NCBI GenBank assembly: GCA_013265495.1
Contig: MU058844.1
Location: 12,422,184 to 12,486,183, forward strand
DNA: 64,000 nt
From: Vicugna vicugna
Lineage: Eukaryota
Direction: 5' to 3'
Made by a program: the position numbers and the translations under genes. The notes below the pieces were generated by a model. That model saw nothing but the letters and a program-made list of their open reading frames with translations, had not been told where the DNA came from and did not search any database. Each line of letters begins with the position of its first letter. The first letter of the stretch is position 1. Positions 49,071-61,278 of the stretch are shown here, piece after piece.

Positions 49071-51019
49071 TGTCATGGGTAACTCTTCTGCTATGTGGAA
49101 TGGTTTCTGCTCAGCTTTTATTAGAGGCACCCTCCCCCATCCCCATCCTGTCAACCTCTATAGCTAGGAAGAGGGAGCAGAGGGCTTGGACGGGGGAGCC
49201 GTTTTGGAACCCAGAAGTAGAATATAGCATTTTGTCATCGGTGGCAATGAAACAAGAAGGGGAAGCGAGCCAGCTGGACAGAGGCTTGGTGTAGACACAG
49301 TGGAGGCAGAGCGTCCTGGAAACTAGCCTTAAGGGGATGAAGGAGAAACGTCAGATCATATAATCTTTCTCATTGGGGTTTATGAAGCCAACTTCCTGCA
49401 TATACGCAGCCTTCATCAAGAGGCCTTGCACTGATGTCAGTGCAGAAGACAGAAGATGAGATGCGGGAAGGCTACATGACAGGTCCCCGGGAGGGCAGGA
49501 GCCTATTCTCATATGGGCTGTAGATCCCCACATTATAACCTCCCAGGGCAGAACTCCAAGGATTTTTGCAGCAGCTTCCTATCTAATGATTACCCAGAAC
49601 TACCAGATGAACCTGCCATCTCTCTTCATGTAAGATCAAAAAACAAGCTATTTCAGGGGTGACTATCTCGGGATTAAATCTGAACTCCCTGCTACATTCC
49701 AGGTCACAAGCTATAAGCCACATTTTAACCACGGCTGTGCAGAGCATTCAAATTGCACGTTTCCCAACTTCTGGTCTCATGTAGATTTGATACTGATATT
49801 GTAGGTAAGAAGTTCAAAGAACTGGGAGTGACTTTAGTAAGTGGAGAATTACACAACCTAGGAAACTTATTGGGCTGAGATGTTCTTGGTAAGTTCAGTT
49901 GGGGCACAAGGGAAGCATGGTAACAAAGGCTCGTAGGCATAACTAACGCCATAACTAGGATTAACAGGATTGCACTGAATACAAAAGAAAAAGAAGGCTG
50001 AATGCCAGGGAAAGCTTTCCTGAGCAGTCAAGCCCCAGAGTAACCTACAGGTCACGAAACCTGTGAAATGGAACTTTTTAGTGCACCCAGCAGGTGGATG
50101 GTTTTACTCAGTCCGGGTTGCAAAGGTGAGTGATTGACTATTCAGGCAAATAGCTGCACAGTGGCTGCTGCCAGCGCCGCCTACTAAACACCCATTGTGC
50201 ATATCAGACATCATCTTACTCTCCAAGTGGTCCAAATCTTCCTTTATTGCTTATCTGTTATTTCTTCCTTTCTTGGGGTGTCCAGCCACTAGATGGAGAC
50301 TCAACAGCTTGTATCAAATACAAAATAACACAACAGCCGGGCAGATGGCTGGCCCTGGGGTGTCTCAGTTGCATTCACATGACATTTCTAATGGGAAGGT
50401 TTATAGAATGTTACGCTCTAAACAAGACGTGTTAATATATGAAAACAGACTGGAATAAGGAACCAGGCGGATCTGGACAAGGGACCGCTGACTGCTCCTG
50501 CCAGCACCTTCCAGCCGGCATCTGGCACCGCAAAAGCCTGAGCTTTTGAGGGTGAAGAGCCTTTCACGGTCATGAGCCGAAATGTCCTGATGGACTGCAA
50601 AATGCCCCTTCATGCATGTGACAGAACCTCCTCTCAGCTCCACAGTTTTCACTGTAATTTGGTCTATTTCTCATGTTAAATCTTTGAAGGGCCAAGAGCT
50701 GCCCTGATTATATAACAGCTCCTGGCAAATGAAGAGAAAGGAGGCATTTTTGTAGCTGGGCCAGTTTTCTGGGAGATGCCTGGAGGCTTCTGTTACAGAT
50801 ACTTAGACAAGAGCAAAAGGAGCCAGTGGGTTCCAAAAGCCTACAGGCCTGCCTGTTGCATAACAGGATGAGACACAGATGGGAGACCTTAAAAATCTGT
50901 TTCTACCATCACCTCTTCTGTTAGTAGGGATTTTAGGTGTCCAATACCACGCAGGAAGTATCTAAAAATAATACACAAAGTAGATAAATTAACACCTATC
51001 GGGAACCCTTATAAGTGTA

Positions 51020-51168
51020 TGGTCACATGTAATCCTCATCACTTTATGAGATAAATACTAAGGCACCAAATGATTAAAGAACTTCGCAGGCTCACCCAAC
51101 TGCTCAGGGATAATGCAGGAATTCAAATCCAGGCAGTCTGACCCTGAAGCCCCTACACTTAACCACTG
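51020..51168 (-). mobile_element. MIR fragment
   Basis: gcaggaattcaaatccaggcagtctgaccctgaagcccctacacttaaccactg. Confidence 0.6.
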
Positions 51169-52017
51169 TAAATATTTTTAGTAAATTTAATGGACTGCTC
51201 ACAATCCTAGCTATTTGGGGAACGTTGGGAAAGTGGATAGGGAATTGATGAACTTGATGGTCGGCCTGTGCTAGATCCTCTGTGCTTTACTGGTGGGCTG
51301 TTTGGTGGGATATGGTGGACGGGAGCCCAGGGAGACTTGTCAATATCTGTGATATGCAGAGGGAGACTCGTCTGTGGCTCCAGCCCTGGAAATAGCTTCC
51401 TCCAGCAACTTGAGAAGCGGGTGCCCAAGCTCTTGACTCCTGAGTTTCCAGGGCAAAATCAAAAACAGTATTTACTATCTGTTTTCCTCGCTGGCCATTA
51501 AGAGAATTAACAAGGTAATTTTTTTCACATCATTCAAACTCCAGGAAAGGCTAGGATTGTCCAATAACAAGATAACAGTTACTGGGCACAGTTTTAGATA
51601 TAATTCCTGTATAATTAGGAATACACGTCAGAATCAACCGTCCAGCATTCATCAGGCACTCATTCCTGTGATGTGTGTTGCTCAGTCCAGTCGGCTTTAG
51701 CACGCTGAAATGTTTATGTGGTTTGCCCAACGCATCCAAAGAAGAGTTGCCCTACTATTTACTTAATAGAGATGGACCTATTACTCATCTCAAGGTGGAT
51801 GTTTATCCTAAGCCTGTTGAGAGTTGAATCCCAAGAAGAAAAAAGAAACACAATTTTTGTTGGCTTGCATTCTTACAGGGTGAATTTGTTGAGCATCCGG
51901 ACGTGCTGGGCAAAGGAGACTACAAAATCGTTCACAGACAAGGCTTAGGCCCTCAAGAAATGTAGGCTCAGACATGTTCATTGGCATGATGATGGCTGGC
52001 TTCTGTTTTTCAAACAG

Positions 52018-52308
52018 GCGTTGAAAGGAGGCGCATTTATGACATTGTCAACGTGCTGGAGTCTCTGAGTCTGGTCAGCCGGGTGGCCAAGAACCAGTAT
52101 GGCTGGCACGGACGGCACAGCCTGCCACGCACCCTGCGGGACCTCCAAAGACTAGGAGAGGAGCAGAAGTATGAAGAGCAGATGGCCCACCTCCAGCAGA
52201 AAGAGCTAGACCTGATGGATTATAAATTTGGAGAACGGAAGAAAGACGGCTGTCCAGACTCCCAAGACCATCAGTTACTGGACTTCTCTGAACCGGACTA
52301 TCCCTCCT
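52018..52308 (+). CDS. E2F7: E2F7 exon 5 (C-terminal half of DBD1 with RRIYD, plus linker)
   Basis: aaacag|(G)[31 protein letters not shown]...[10 protein letters not shown]|gtaagt; 291 nt, phase 1-1. Confidence 0.97.
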
Positions 52309-53566
52309 GTAAGTCCACTGTAGCCACCTGAGTAACGGCAGAGGGGGTGATGGTCTCTTCCGAGAGATTCCCTGGTGAGGGGGGAAGGGCCAGACCGACA
52401 ACCCTGGAGGGAGGGGTCCTCTCATTCTGTCTGCTGAGGACAGGGAGGCAGACGGCTTCGCGCCTGGGCTGCCCGCACGACCTCACTCAAAGCCCGTCTG
52501 GTGGCAGTTCACTTGGTACTGGGTGTGTTCGGACTGTCAGTCACTAATCGAGTTCCCAGTTCAGATTGACAGCCCTGTGCTGATGCCTACTTGTGGGCCT
52601 TTCGAGAAAATTTACTTGGAAAGAATGTGTCTTTTCCAAGGGTTCTATTTTTTTTAAATTATATATTGGAGTAGATGACTTAGAGAAGAACCCCATTAGC
52701 ACAAAATGCTGATTAGAAAGATAGCCAACCTGCTTTCACTGGAGCAGATTTTTGTTTTTCGTTTGTATCACATTGCTCTTCCCCTCCCAGCTCATGGTCA
52801 TGCTGTTTCTCCTCCAACCTCTGATCTTCATTCTCCCCCTGCTCTTCATTGCTAAGATGATAAAGAGCAAGTATCCCCCACATTTCACATGCAAATGTTA
52901 AGAAACAGGAGTGGAAGGGTTGGCCTGGTTTCCATTCCACTGACGGCCTCATGCCTTTTAATTCCACCCCGTGAGCCAGCTGTCCTAATAACCAGAGGAG
53001 ACAGTCATCTACCGGGGATGGTTTGCCATCTGTGGCAACACACATCTCGTCCATGTCTCCTATTTCCTTATTGTTTATTTCTTCGCTTATTTCTGAAAAG
53101 CAGTGGAAGAGGTGGGCACCTACTAGGTAGATAGACTTGGGTACATTCTAGCTCTTGTGGGCTCAGAGAAACCAAAGTGGAGTCCTTGCCTTGGAGGGAA
53201 CAGTTGATGTTCTGGGAAAAGTTCCTGATCCCTACCCTACCCTTTTATCCTTCAACTTTAATCTTTTCCAAAAGTTCCTTCAGGAAAACTACCTCATGGA
53301 TTCAAGTCTTAAGAAATATGAGTATAAGGCATTTCAGAACATATACCTACTATCAAGTAATTTTATGACCCACAAGAAAATCCGTCTTCTTTCTTTCTGA
53401 ACCATCCTTTTGGAATGTGTCTTGTGTAGTCGGCTTCTGCTGATCCCGGAAACAAGAGTCACCTTTCCGCCTGCTGGTAGAGTTAGATGGTTCTAGCAAA
53501 TGTTAAGTACAGTCTTTCTTGGGGTAAATTATATGTTTTGACGCTTTGGTTTCATTCCCTTTGTAG

Positions 53567-53725
53567 CATCTGCAAACAGTAGAAAGGACAAATCTCTTAG
53601 AATCATGAGCCAGAAGTTTGTCATGCTCTTCCTAGTCTCCAAAACGAAGATTGTTACTCTTGATGTGGCTGCCAAAATACTGATAGAGGAAAGCCAAGAT
53701 ACGCCAGACCACAGTAAATTTAAAA
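53567..53725 (+). CDS. E2F7: E2F7 exon 6 (N-terminal half of DBD2)
   Basis: ttgtag|(S)[53 protein letters not shown]|gtaagc; 159 nt, phase 1-1. Confidence 0.96.
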
Positions 53726-55196
53726 GTAAGCATCTTCATTAAATCCATTTATCCGCACAGAAAGGGTGGAATTTCCCAGGTCGCTATTTTCTGCCTCTGA
53801 GATTGAAAAAATTACTTTTTTTGAGAAGTGCACTCCTTCCTACCTTCACAAGGGTTCCTGGAGCTGTGACAGGTAAGGCAGTCACATACTAGGATTCCTG
53901 TGAAAGTTCTGTGTGACGCCGTTTCCTCGGCAGAGTGGATGGTGGATGCAGAACAGTGTCCCACGCACGCAGGTCAGGGAGGGTGTGCGAGGCTTTGCAT
54001 TTCTCGTTAGTGTCACTGCATCCAAGACAGAATGTCTGAGTTTTTTTTCCCTTTTTTCCCTGCCCCCTGCATACTCTTCTGATGGGTGGACATGAAAGTT
54101 GTCTACAGGTAAGAACCAGAGGAATGCACAGGGTAGGGTAGGGGTGGTGGGTCGCGGTTGCCGGACAAGGAGACTACAAGTTTCATTCACACCCAGTGCA
54201 TCTTCCTTTTCCATCAAGCCTGAGTCCTGAGCCAGGGGCCCTTGGCTGCTGGTAGCTCTTTCAAGCCCTGGGAAACCATCAGCTCAACATTCTGTAGCCT
54301 TTTTGTGTTAGTTTCCAGCTGGCAGTATGGCTGCTCTGTGGGAGAAATGACTGGGTAAAATCCAGCTGTATCAAGATTGGAAAGAATACTGCATGTGGGG
54401 TGAATGCTTGATGTTTCTGGATGAGACTGAAAGCCTTTTGCTTGATCTTAGCCCTGAGTTCAAGTTGGTATCCTACCTGTAAATTGATTTCTTGAATAGA
54501 AATTACTCTGTGGGCACCATCATGCCCATTTAATGTGTTACCAAGCCTCTGGATTTCTCCTCCAATACTTGCATTTTCAAATGTCTCTCCCCAAACATTT
54601 CGGGCTCAGGGAGTGCCCATCCCTTCCCTTCCCCACTGGTTGGCCTGAACACCAGGATTAAGGGGAAGGCGCTGTCTGTCTTTAGCACAGTCCTACCTCG
54701 TAACCTTGAGCCCTAGACAGACTGTGTGCCCAGCAGTGCAGCCTCGCAGGAAGCTCTGGGGAATCCCTGTCATTTTCACAGCCCAGCTGCCTGGAGAAGC
54801 TGGTGCCATCCCCTCCTGCTGGGAGAAACTCAGAGCGGCTTCTGACGTGCCACAGATCAGAAAGACATTTCCTAAGCCTTTAATTACAGCCCATTTCCCT
54901 CCCTCGGTGTTTTTGCAATCACAGCCTTCCCTGCGTGTCACCAGGTGCCTCTTGCAAGAAGTGTGAAGTTGTAGAAACGGAAGGACACACTGACCTTCCC
55001 TGAGTAGTGTCATCAGACACATAAATCCCTGGTGATTTCACGCCAGGTCCATTGGTTTCCTCATCCGACACCCCTGCTTCCTGCTGGAGGTTTATGTGGT
55101 GGCTGAGAAAAGTGATCCGTCACAGAAACTAAAACGTAATGGTGTCGTGGACCGATTGATGTATAGTGTGACCACAACTGTTTTTGTGTTTTCAAG

Positions 55197-55331
55197 CAAA
55201 GGTACGACGCCTCTATGACATAGCCAACGTTCTGACCAGCCTGGCTCTGATAAAGAAAGTGCACGTAACAGAAGAGCGAGGCCGTAAACCCGCCTTCAAG
55301 TGGATCGGACCTGTGGACTTCAGCTCCAGCG
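55197..55331 (+). CDS. E2F7: E2F7 exon 7 (C-terminal half of DBD2 with RRLYD)
   Basis: ttcaag|(T)[45 protein letters not shown]|gtaagg; 135 nt, phase 1-1. Confidence 0.97.
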
Positions 55332-56181
55332 GTAAGGCATGGCTTTGCTTGGGACCATTTTGTTTATAATCCCCAGGTCCTTTTCCAGGTCATACATCTA
55401 TACTACACAGTGAGTCTTATCTTCCCCTTCATTTCCCATCACCCACGTCACATCCAACATTAGACTCATGACATCACTCTTGGAACAATGAGCCTTAGTC
55501 TGCAAATGCTTACGCTGGTCCAGTCACATACAGTAGGAAGGGAAATCCTGAGAGCTTAGAACCTGGCGGTTTCTGTAACTACTAAATCATAGCTCTTTCG
55601 CATTTTTTATTTTATTCCAAAGTTCCTGGAAGTTTGGGACTGAGGATTAAAAATGACACTTCGGATGAACTCTGGTTGTTTCTGCATTAGCAGAATGAAA
55701 CATTGTTTTTCCTTGAAATTCCAGGTAATGTAAAAATTATACCAGTTAGCATCACAAAACTAACATGTGGTGAGAGGGCGTCTAAGTATAGTGTGGCCGT
55801 AATGAGCACCTTTTTGCAATTTATTTAGAAGGTTGCAAATGTCATCATTTCACAAAGCCAGAGCAAAGAGGGTATTATCTCCTGCTTCTTTCACAGGTAA
55901 TATGTGAGCAGTTAGGACTGAATCCTTCTGCTGCCGACTACTTTACATATAGCTATGCTGCCTGGAAAAAAAGCCATTAAAGTGATTTTTAAATTACCCT
56001 TCCAATTTTAGTCTTAGTAGTATAAATTCCTGCCACTTAACCCAGGCTTATAAAAGAAATAGTTCTCCACCTCGCTTGTAACACATTATTCACTTAGGAT
56101 CTAGATGAAACCACTTATAACCAAGTATAATTAATTCAACCCAGCAGGTACTTACTGCATGGACTATGTGTGATTCCTATG

Positions 56182-56454
56182 CAGACATACTTGGTTTTAT
56201 TGCACTTTGCAGACACTGTTTTTTACAAACTGAACATTTTGGCAACCCTGTGTTGTCAGATGACACTTAGCGTTTTTTTTAGCAATGAAGTATTTTTAAG
56301 GTATGTGCATTGTTTGTTTAGATACAATGCTATTGCACACTACAATACAGTGTAAACATAACGTTTATATGTACTGGGAAACCAAAAAATTCATGCAACT
56401 CGCTTCATTGCAGTGGTCTGGGACCAAACCTGCAATATCTCTGAGGTCTGCCTA
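56182..56454. mobile_element. Tigger1-derived MITE
   Basis: cagacatacttggttttattgcactttgcagacactg...gcagtggtctgggaccaaacctgcaatatctctgaggtctgcct. Confidence 0.8.
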
Positions 56455-56929
56455 TTCTCATGCCGTGAGAGATTCAAAGATGGCACACATTTGAAAATCA
56501 GAGAACTATGAAGCACTGCACATGGTAGTACTGACTCTGTAGAAGTTCAGAGAAGAAATGGGTTAAGTGCTGATGGACTATTAGGTTTTGGAGGAATGGG
56601 GAGCTTTTTGGTGGAAGGAACAGATACCTGAGAACATATCTGGTTTGTGTTGGAGAAAACAGCCACCCTGATTTAAGTGGAGGGCATAGGATAGGAATAA
56701 TGAGAAATAAAATGTGATCACTTGGGACCACATTTTGGAAGTCCTCAAAAATTAAGCCCAGGAATTTGTAGCAGATGTAACAGGCACAAGTGACGAGGGG
56801 TCTTTAGATAAAAAGACTGAAAAAGAGGAGGAATTCAAAGGTGGTGGTATCGTCAAGGAAAATAAGATAATCAGAGGAATGAGCTGGCTTTGAGGAGTCG
56901 TAACCAGTCTTTGGAAGAAGACGTCGTTC

Positions 56930-58660
56930 CACTGTCTTAAATCTTGCATTATTTCTGACAAAGAATGTGTCGTTATCCTGTTCTTCTATATGTAACGTGT
57001 CTTTTTTCTCTGGTTACTTTCAATATTTTCTTTAAGACTGATTTTTAAAAACCAATTTGATTATGTCAGCCTTGTTACAGTTTTCTTAATCTCATTTACT
57101 TGGTTTTGTTGAGCTTCTTGGATCTATGGATTTAAAATTTTCATCAGATTTGGCAAATCTTCAGTCATTATTTCTTCTGTCCCCTCCTGTCCTTTGGAGA
57201 CCCTAGTTGTTTGGCTGCTTGACGTGGTCCCGCAGCTCACTGATATTTTGTTCATTTGTCTCTTTTTCTCTTAATGTATCCTTTTGGATAGGGTTTATTG
57301 CTCTTTCTTCAAGTTCACAATTTTTTTTTTTTGCAGCCATGAATTTTTTCCCTAATGTGCCATGAATTTCATCCACTGTGTTTTTCCATCTCCAACATTG
57401 TAGTTTTTATCGCTAGAAGTTTGACTTGAGTCTTTAGTTTTGATGTCTTGACCTAACATGTTCAGTTTCTTGAATTTATAGAATGTACTTATAGCATCTA
57501 TTTGAATGTGTGCTTGTCTACTAATTCTACCATCTGTGTGTTACTTTTGGGTCCACTTCAGTTGATTTTTACTCCTCGTCATGGTTATATTTCCCTGCTT
57601 CTTTGTGTGTGAGGTAATTTTTAATTGTGTGCCGGACACTGCGAATTATAAATTGTTAGATGCTAGATAATTCTCTTTTCCTAAAAATGTTCTTGAGCTT
57701 TGTTCTGGGATGCAGCGAAGTTCCTTGGAAACAGGTCTTGCTTTTAAGCTTTTGCAGGCAGGATGCTTTCGCACTTAGCCTTGAGTACATTGTCTCCCCT
57801 ATTGAGGCAACACCCTTTTCAGCGTTCTAACCAGTGCCCCGTAGTTATGACATTTTTCCACTCTGACTGTCGGCAGTAGGCACTATTCTCAGCCCTGTCT
57901 GAGCTGCAGACACTCTCCTTCTCCTCCTTGTGAGGGCTCCTTCCCTGGCCTTGGGCAGTGTCCTCACATGCATGAGTACTCCACTGAATACAGTCAGCCC
58001 TCCACATCTGTGGGTTCCACATCTGGGGACTCAGCCCACCATGGATCGAAAATACTCAGTTCAGAAAATTTCAGATAGTTCCAAAAAGGATAAGTTAAGT
58101 TTGCTGCACACCAGCAACTATTTACATAACGTTTACATTGTATTAGTAATTGTAAAGAATCTAGAGATGGTTTAGAGGATGTACATAGATTACATGAAAA
58201 TACTGTGCCATTTTATATCTTGAGCATCTGCAGATTTTGGTACCCATGGGGGGACCTGAAACCAATCTGCTGTGTATCAAGGGACAACTGCACTCAAGGG
58301 GGGGACCCTCTGCAGACGTCCAGCACGCTTTCTGTATGACTGCTCTTCGGTTTTGTGCCCTGCAGACTCTAGCTGCCTTGGCTTTCCTGGACTCCCAGCT
58401 CCTGCCTCAACTTATGGAGACTTCTAGGCTCTGCCTAGGTCTCCCTCTCTGTCCCCTAACCTGAGAACATTTTCTAGGCAGGAAGCCTGGGCAGTCACAG
58501 AGCTCTCCTCATTTGATTCCTGTCTCTGAGGGATCACTGTCCTCAGGTCTTGGTGTCCAGTGTCCTGAGAGCCATTACTTTATCCAGTATTTTTGTCCAG
58601 TATTTTATTTGTTTCAGGAAAGAGGCTAAATATGATCCCTATTACTGTCTTGACCCATTT
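56930..58660 (-). mobile_element. Old L1M 5'/ORF1-region fragment interrupted by Tigger3
   Basis: ttgttgagcttcttggatctatggatttaaaattttcatcagatttggcaaatcttcagtcattatttcttc and further antisense L1 ORF1-like text. Confidence 0.7.
57991..58290. mobile_element. Tigger3a/Golem-type MITE
   Basis: ta|cagtcagccctccacatctgtgggttccacatc ... aagggacaactg|ca; terminal inverted repeats with a TA-derived flank. Confidence 0.8.
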
Positions 58661-59542
58661 TCTTCTTTTTGATTCTATACGTTCCAATTTTCCAAACAGA
58701 GCATTTGTTAGGTTTTTTTGTTATAAGGAAAAGAAAACCATAAAGGTGATTTTCTTTTTCAATTTTTCTGTATTTTAGAAAGTGTAAGTCTAGCTAGCTA
58801 GGCCTTTCATGCTTTGAACTTAGGGAGAAAAATAGCACAGATGAGCAGGGTAGGAATAACTATCTGAGCAATGGGGACTATTTCTTTATTAGAAATATAG
58901 ACCGGGTTCTATATAGGAATTTCTGTCCTGATTTCACACAGGCTCGTTTAGGCATAAAATGGGCCTCCAAGGCCCAGCCTCCTATTATCCTCACTGTTTC
59001 ACGTGAGGTTTCTGCTGACTTTATTCCTTTGGTCACTTAGCTCAGCCTCCTACTGCATAACAAAGAAATATTAAACCATAATAATAGAAAATAGGGATTC
59101 TTACTCTCATCACCCTAGAGCTGCAGCGTAAGAGGCTGATCTCAATTAATGTGAAAATCTCTACATATGCACATTGGGCTGAGTATGGCTGGGTTTTTCC
59201 TTTGATATCTCTGCCCAATGAAAGCATCTGAAATGTCAGGTCCATTCTAATTTGGGTTGAAGAACATCTTGTTCTACTTTTATCTAAGTTTAGATAATTT
59301 TAGAATACGTACGGATGCAATTTACTTTAAAGTCACCCACTCCACTTTAAAAAAAAATTAGTACCTTAAAAGAAATTGGGGTTTGAGACAAGGCTTATAA
59401 AATTCCTTTGATTTGTCTTAGTTTTTAATGTATAGGGTAGATCCCCTACAATTACAGGTTCTCAAAGCCATATCTGAAAAAGGCTAAAATTACCCTGAAT
59501 TATAGGCGTATAACGACACTACCAATTCTCTTATTTATTTAG

Positions 59543-59728
59543 ATGAAGAACTAGTGGATGTTTCTGCGTCCGTCCTACCAGAATTGAAAAGAGAAACATA
59601 TGGCCACATTCAGTTCTGTGCAAAACAGAAGCTCGCTCGACATGGTTCTTTTAACTCAGTTCAGGCTTCTGAGAAGATCCAGAGGAAAGTGAACTCAGAG
59701 CCCAGCAGCCCTTACAGAGAAAAACAAG
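59543..59728 (+). CDS. E2F7: E2F7 exon 8 (contains LARHGSF, the Chk1/14-3-3 motif, Ser410)
   Basis: tttag|(D)[62 protein letters not shown]|gtacct; 186 nt, phase 1-1. Confidence 0.95.
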
Positions 59729-60251
59729 GTACCTGCCTCTACTTAATCCATGGAACCCATCAGTCACTATGTAACTGTAGCCCTCCCCATGCACTGGCAT
59801 TTTGAAATGAGCTGACTCTAGACTCTGCCTGTTTTGTTTTTGGTTTAGGGTTTTTTTTTTTCACTTACCCAAAGTGAAATGATTTGGGACGGGTAAAAGT
59901 GTTGGTGACTTCACAGGGTGTAAACATGGCCCCATGCCTGAAATTGATCATAGTCGGCCTTGAGGGTTGAAGATCAATTGGTTTGCCATCGTTGGCCTGT
60001 CTGATGCACAACAGAAATTCATCAAACATACAAAGCAATACTTGTTTTGTTTTGTTTTCTTACTCATTCTTGATGAGACCTGAATTCACCATGAAGAGCT
60101 AGCTTCTGGGCGTGTCTCTCTTTGAATCAAAACCAGAATGGAGCTGAGGTAGTCTTATAATCCCTCAGCTGTGAATAATGAGCCCCGCTGTGTATAACTG
60201 CTGTGGTTAAGTCCCTTGCTGTATTTGTCAGACTTTCGTTTGCCTTTTTAG

Positions 60252-60324
60252 GACCAGGGGGCTACTCCTTAGAGATTGGAAGTCTGGCAGCTGTCTACAG
60301 GCAGAAAATAGGAGACAAGTCACA
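60252..60324 (+). CDS. E2F7: E2F7 exon 9
   Basis: tttttag|(G)[25 protein letters not shown]|gtaagt; 73 nt, phase 1-2. Confidence 0.94.
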
Positions 60325-60691
60325 GTAAGTAGTCTTTTTAAAACAACATGTATGCTTTTTTCTATTTCCTAGTCTTAACTTTGACTAAATTGAAATGCCA
60401 CCCATCAAAAAGTAAAATTTAGTGGTCTTGCCCAAAAGTCGGCCGTTTGTTTGTAAAGAATTTTGTAAGTTCCCCCCTTATGCTCCACACTGTGCGGAAT
60501 TTGGCATCAGGGACACATAAGTATGAAAAATGTATCCCCTAGGCAATGAAAGCTTACAAGGAAAAAAAAATAAATAAAAAGACAAATACACTGAGGAAAG
60601 GCAGTTCACCACTGATGTGATGCTGAGAAATGGTGCATCATAGTCCCATGAAGCGCTTTGTCATCCTCGTAGCTAACTTTGTTTATGATCT

Positions 60692-60872
60692 ACCAGGCAC
60701 TGTTCCGAAAGTTTTACATGTATCTCATCTAATCATAACAGCCTTTTGAGGTTGGCCCTCTTGTCCTCATTTTACAGAGAGAAAACTGAAACCCAGAGAG
60801 GTTAAGTAACTGGCCCAAGGTCACAATGCTCACCAGTGACAGACTGAGATTTAAACCTAGGCTGTCTGAGTC
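60692..60872 (-). mobile_element. MIR SINE
   Basis: cctcattttacagagagaaaactgaaacccagagaggttaagtaactggcccaaggtcaca. Confidence 0.85.
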
Positions 60873-61122
60873 ACATTTCGGGTTTGATTTTGAAGGAAAT
60901 CAAATTATCAGAGGAAGTGCTAAAGAGAACAGGAGAGGTTTACAATGACAGATGTGGGAAGAAGCAGGTTGTTGGGTCAGGGAGTATGTGGGAAATTGGC
61001 TGGCAAGTTTAGCCATAATGATTTGTCCAAATAGAATAGTGCAAGGAAATATTTATAAGAAGAGCTTGGGGTGTTGGGGGTAAGTAGGTCAAGCTGGCAA
61101 AAGGCTTTGAAAGCCAGGGAAG

Positions 61123-61278
61123 GGGGGAGGGTATAGCTCAAGTGGTAGAGCGCATGCTTAGCATGCACGAGGTCCTGGGTTCGATCCCCAGTACTTCCTC
61201 TGAATATAAATAAATAAGGAAACCTAATTACCTCCCCCTCATAAAACAAAGAAACAAACGAACAAACGAAGCAAAACA
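61123..61278 (+). mobile_element. tRNA-Ala(AGC)-derived SINE (Vic-1 type), young copy inside an L2 remnant
   Basis: Intact A box (TAGCTCAAGTGG) and B box (GGTTCGATCCC); tail aaacctaattacctccccc plus A-rich end; TSD TGAAAGCCAGG(G)AAG at 61108-61122 and 61279-61292. Confidence 0.9.

Noticed and set aside
51970..51990. p53 half-site AGACATGTTC before exon 5 (also at ~39642)
   Set aside because: Single half-sites without a properly spaced partner; expected by chance
61127..61199. Functional tRNA-Ala(AGC) gene
   Set aside because: Stem mismatches, SINE tail, TSD, two related copies nearby and no immediate T-run terminator indicate a SINE
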